This document shows, in pieces, positions 61,120-64,000 of a stretch of 64,000 bases of DNA. This DNA comes from an uncultured Rhodopirellula sp. (GTDB taxonomy: Bacteria; Planctomycetota; Planctomycetia; Pirellulales; Pirellulaceae): NCBI GenBank assembly GCA_964007735.1, contig CAXGAI010000003.1:62001-126000 (forward strand), in the 5' to 3' direction. The notes below the pieces were generated by a model that saw only the letters and a list, made by a program, of their open reading frames with translations, searched no databases and had not been told where the DNA came from. The position numbers and the translations under genes are program-made. Each line of letters begins with the position of its first letter. The stretch's first letter is position 1.

Positions 61120-62901
61120 ATGCCAATCATCGTTCAAAAATTCGGCGGAACGAGTGTCGCCACTACCGATAAGATCCTTTCTGCAGCTCGGAAAGCCATT
61201 AAAGCCCAGCAAGAAGGCCATCAGGTCATCATGGTTGTCAGCGCCATGGGTAAAAACACCGATGCGTTGGTAAGCCTGGCTCATGAATTAATGCAACGCC
61301 CACCAGCCCGTGAAATGGATATGCTGCTCGCGACCGGGGAACAGGTCAGTGTTGCACTGACAGCAATGGCCATCATGTCTCTCGGCCACAAAGCCGTTAG
61401 TCTAACCGGAGCTCAAATCGGAATTCGGACGGATAACGTGTTCGGAAAAGCCCGGATTATCTCGATTTCCACGGACAGGATGCAAAAGCTTCTTGATGAT
61501 GAAAATATCGTCATTGCCGCCGGTTTCCAGGGCATTGATGAAGAATTCAACATTACTACACTTGGACGAGGCGGAAGTGATACGACCGCCGTATCGCTGG
61601 CCGCAGTATTAGGAGCCAGTTGTGAAATCTACACGGACGTGGATGGCGTTTACACCGCCGACCCGCGTGTCGTGAAAACCGCTCGCAAAGTTTCTCATAC
61701 CAGTTATGACGAAATGCTTGAAATGGCGAGTTTAGGAGCGGGTATAATGCATAGCCGCTCGATCGAATTCGCTAAAAAGTACAGTGTGCCGGTGCATGTT
61801 CGCAGCAGTCAAGAAGATACGGCAGGAACTATCATCTCCACCGTTTCTGAAGATCCGACCCGAGGGGTCAGCGGTGCCGCCGTAACTATGGACGAAGCAC
61901 GCATCACCCTAACAGGAGTTCCAGACAAACCAGGTAGCAGCAACGCTATTTTCAGCTCCATTGCCCACGCCAATATCACCGTGGACATGATTGTACAAAA
62001 TGCCGGCGTTGATGGTCTCTCCAACATCTCATTCACTGTGCCTTCAGCGGAACTCACTCACACTCTGGAAGCCGTGCAACCGGTGGTTGAAACTCTTGGT
62101 ATTCAACAACTAACCCACCGTGACAACGCCTCCAAAATCTCGGTGGTTGGCATTGGAATGGCAGAACAGTCGGGAGTATCAGACCGCATGTTCCGTGCTT
62201 TGGGTGAACATGGCATTAACATCCATATGATCACCACCAGTCAAATTAAAATTTCTGTCCTAGTTGATCGCGATCAGGCTCTCGAGGCTATCAATGCTGT
62301 CCATCAAACCTTTGAACTTGACCGTGTTTATCCGGATGCTGTTCCGGCCGAATCACCACAGGCTACTCCGGCCACTGATCCGGCGGCAGCGGCTAACGAG
62401 CTTCAGGGCATGGAAGAACTAGCTATCACCGACATATCACTCGATTCCAGCCAAGCCAGCATCTCCATCCTTGGAGTTACCGATCAGCCGGGAATTGCTG
62501 CCACGATCTTCGAAAAAGTTGCTCGGGAAAACATCATTGTCGACATGATCATCCAGAGTTATATAGATGATTCTGATATCGCTAATCTTAGTTTCACCGT
62601 TGACCGCAATGATGTGGACCGCACTGTAGCAGTCATCCAAGGGATTCAGGACCAAGTTCCCCTCCAGAAAGTCGTGAGTAACCCGACCGTGGCCAAGCTC
62701 AGTGTTTCTGGTATTGGATTAAGGAGTCACACCGGCGTCGCTATCCGAATGTTTCAAAGCCTCGCTGAAGCAGGATTAAACATCGAGATGATCAACACGA
62801 GCGAAGTGCGAGTCAATGTCGTCGTGGATGAAAGTCAGGGGCAAGCAGGACTTGAAGCTCTGAATAAAGCATTCGCGGACGTTATTCAGTCTGCCGGCTA
62901 G
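61120..62901 (+). CDS. lysC: Aspartate kinase with four ACT domains
   Basis: QKFGGTS, VVSAMG, TTLGRGGSD, YTDVDG, YDEMLE; duplicated ACT pair. Confidence 0.95.
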   Translation: MPIIVQKFGGTSVATTDKILSAARKAIKAQQEGHQVIMVVSAMGKNTDALVSLAHELMQRPPAREMDMLLATGEQVSVALTAMAIMSLGHKAVSLTGAQIGIRTDNVFGKARIISISTDRMQKLLDDENIVIAAGFQGIDEEFNITTLGRGGSDTTAVSLAAVLGASCEIYTDVDGVYTADPRVVKTARKVSHTSYDEMLEMASLGAGIMHSRSIEFAKKYSVPVHVRSSQEDTAGTIISTVSEDPTRGVSGAAVTMDEARITLTGVPDKPGSSNAIFSSIAHANITVDMIVQNAGVDGLSNISFTVPSAELTHTLEAVQPVVETLGIQQLTHRDNASKISVVGIGMAEQSGVSDRMFRALGEHGINIHMITTSQIKISVLVDRDQALEAINAVHQTFELDRVYPDAVPAESPQATPATDPAAAANELQGMEELAITDISLDSSQASISILGVTDQPGIAATIFEKVARENIIVDMIIQSYIDDSDIANLSFTVDRNDVDRTVAVIQGIQDQVPLQKVVSNPTVAKLSVSGIGLRSHTGVAIRMFQSLAEAGLNIEMINTSEVRVNVVVDESQGQAGLEALNKAFADVIQSAG

Positions 62902-62927
62902 AAAATGGGCGATCAACTCGCTCGCAA

Positions 62928-63332
62928 TCAATTCTCCACAGCTTCGGTTAGTACTTCTTCTTCGATGTAAATCGGTAAAGGCGGTTCACAGGTTACCGCA
63001 ACTGCGATAGCATCCGATGGTCGTGAGTCCACTTCAATAATTTGCCCATCCACTTTAACTCGCAGCCGAGCGAAATATGTGTGGCCCTGAACTTCTGAAA
63101 TCAGAACACTATCCAGTTCTCCACCTAAGGCATCGACCACGCTACAGAGCAAATCATGGGTCAGAGGTCGGGGTGCCTTAAAATCTTTGACCCGCCGTTC
63201 AATACTCGATGCTTCAAATATCCCGATTAGAATTGGAAACGTGCGTTCCCCGTCCACTTCTTTGAGGTAGATGACTTGATGGTCATTAATGTCACTGATG
63301 ATGATGCGAGAAAGCTTTAATTCGATTGGCAT
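62928..63332 (-). CDS. Bifunctional nuclease family (DUF151)
   Basis: FPILIG..EA, RPLTHDL, VDSRPSDA. Confidence 0.92.
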   Translation of the reverse strand: MPIELKLSRIIISDINDHQVIYLKEVDGERTFPILIGIFEASSIERRVKDFKAPRPLTHDLLCSVVDALGGELDSVLISEVQGHTYFARLRVKVDGQIIEVDSRPSDAIAVAVTCEPPLPIYIEEEVLTEAVEN

Positions 63333-63409
63333 CGGCAAGGATCTCCGAAAGGGCACATACCTGTGTACTTATGACGTATTATACGCTCAATTCAGAATTC
63401 AAATGAGAA

Positions 63410-64000
63410 CTAAGTTTGACTACGTAAAGTTTCCAGGGATTTTGCCACCGATGAGACCTCTTCTTCCAGCTTCATTAGGCCTTCGCGCTCACGTTGCACA
63501 ACTTCTTCAGGAGCTCTGGCCACAAAGTTTTCATTAGCCAGCTTCTTTTGCTTTCCCTGAATTTGCCCTTGCAGTTTTTGCAACAACTTTTCGTTGCGTT
63601 CAATCTCTGCCTCAACGTCAATAAAATTTTTCAAGTCTACAAATACTTCAATCTCATCAACTCGCACATTGGCACTGTTGACCGGCGGTTGGACATTCTT
63701 TCCCCAAGCAACGCTATGAGCGTTGGCCATGGACTGAAAATATCCATCCATCGGCTTTAGCAACTCTACAATTTCATCGCTGCAAGCCACAGAGAATTCG
63801 ACTTCCTGCTTCGGAGCGATGTTCTGTCGACTTCGAATTTCCCGAATCGCACGCAAGACGTCCTGAAACAAGGAAAACTGATGCTCAATAACGGAGTCAA
63901 TGTGTTGTCGGTTAACTTCCGGCCAAGTGGCAAGCATAATCGACTCGGTGGCATCACTAATTTCTGTGAGACCACGTTGTGGAGCAATTTGGGATAACAG
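63410..64000 (-). CDS. valS: Valyl-tRNA synthetase, C-terminal part (starts beyond the right edge)
   Basis: Frame open to base 64000; IREIRS; coiled coil IDVEAEIER..KKLANENFVARAPEEVV. Confidence 0.93.
   Translation of the reverse strand: MLSQIAPQRGLTEISDATESIMLATWPEVNRQHIDSVIEHQFSLFQDVLRAIREIRSRQNIAPKQEVEFSVACSDEIVELLKPMDGYFQSMANAHSVAWGKNVQPPVNSANVRVDEIEVFVDLKNFIDVEAEIERNEKLLQKLQGQIQGKQKKLANENFVARAPEEVVQREREGLMKLEEEVSSVAKSLETLRSQT

Noticed and set aside
1..64000. tRNA, rRNA, CRISPR array, IS or prophage
   Set aside because: Intergenic gaps are short, and I saw no T-loop/cloverleaf, repeat-spacer periodicity or mobile-element proteins. A tRNAscan/Infernal run would be needed to exclude them formally.

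Overview
Gene-dense bacterial chromosome segment, very probably from a planctomycete (Pirellulaceae-like). The evidence is the DUF1501 + DUF1549/DUF1553 cytochrome-c pair, the groEL-groES-groEL-dnaJ-grpE-fmdB-yacG cluster and the giant secretin. It holds about 48 CDS. Housekeeping genes include tyrA-purL-purQ, purM, hom-apgM-lysC, the 3' end of valS, chaperones, P-II and an M42 peptidase. Transporters are an SSS symporter, a GntP permease and a P1B ATPase, and there are many uncharacterised envelope proteins. I saw no rRNA, tRNA, CRISPR array, transposase or integrase. The most notable items are: (1) a tandem pair of giant paralogous exported proteins built of ~190-aa repeats, one of them missing from the ORF track; (2) a perfect sigma54 promoter with two TG(C/T)CA-N3-TG(G/A)CA palindromes upstream of the chaperone operon and no CIRCE; (3) a stand-alone 1268-aa TPR-secretin with a structured, AGGA-rich leader; (4) a transglutaminase-like pair in which one copy is catalytic-type and the other lacks the catalytic Cys, near an orphan PilC/GspF; (5) an unlisted 50-aa membrane protein coupled to the SSS gene; (6) an orphan EboD-like cyclase, a GGQ release-factor-like protein, and a DsbD with a duplicated N-domain. 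All calls come from reading motifs by eye; no database searches were run.
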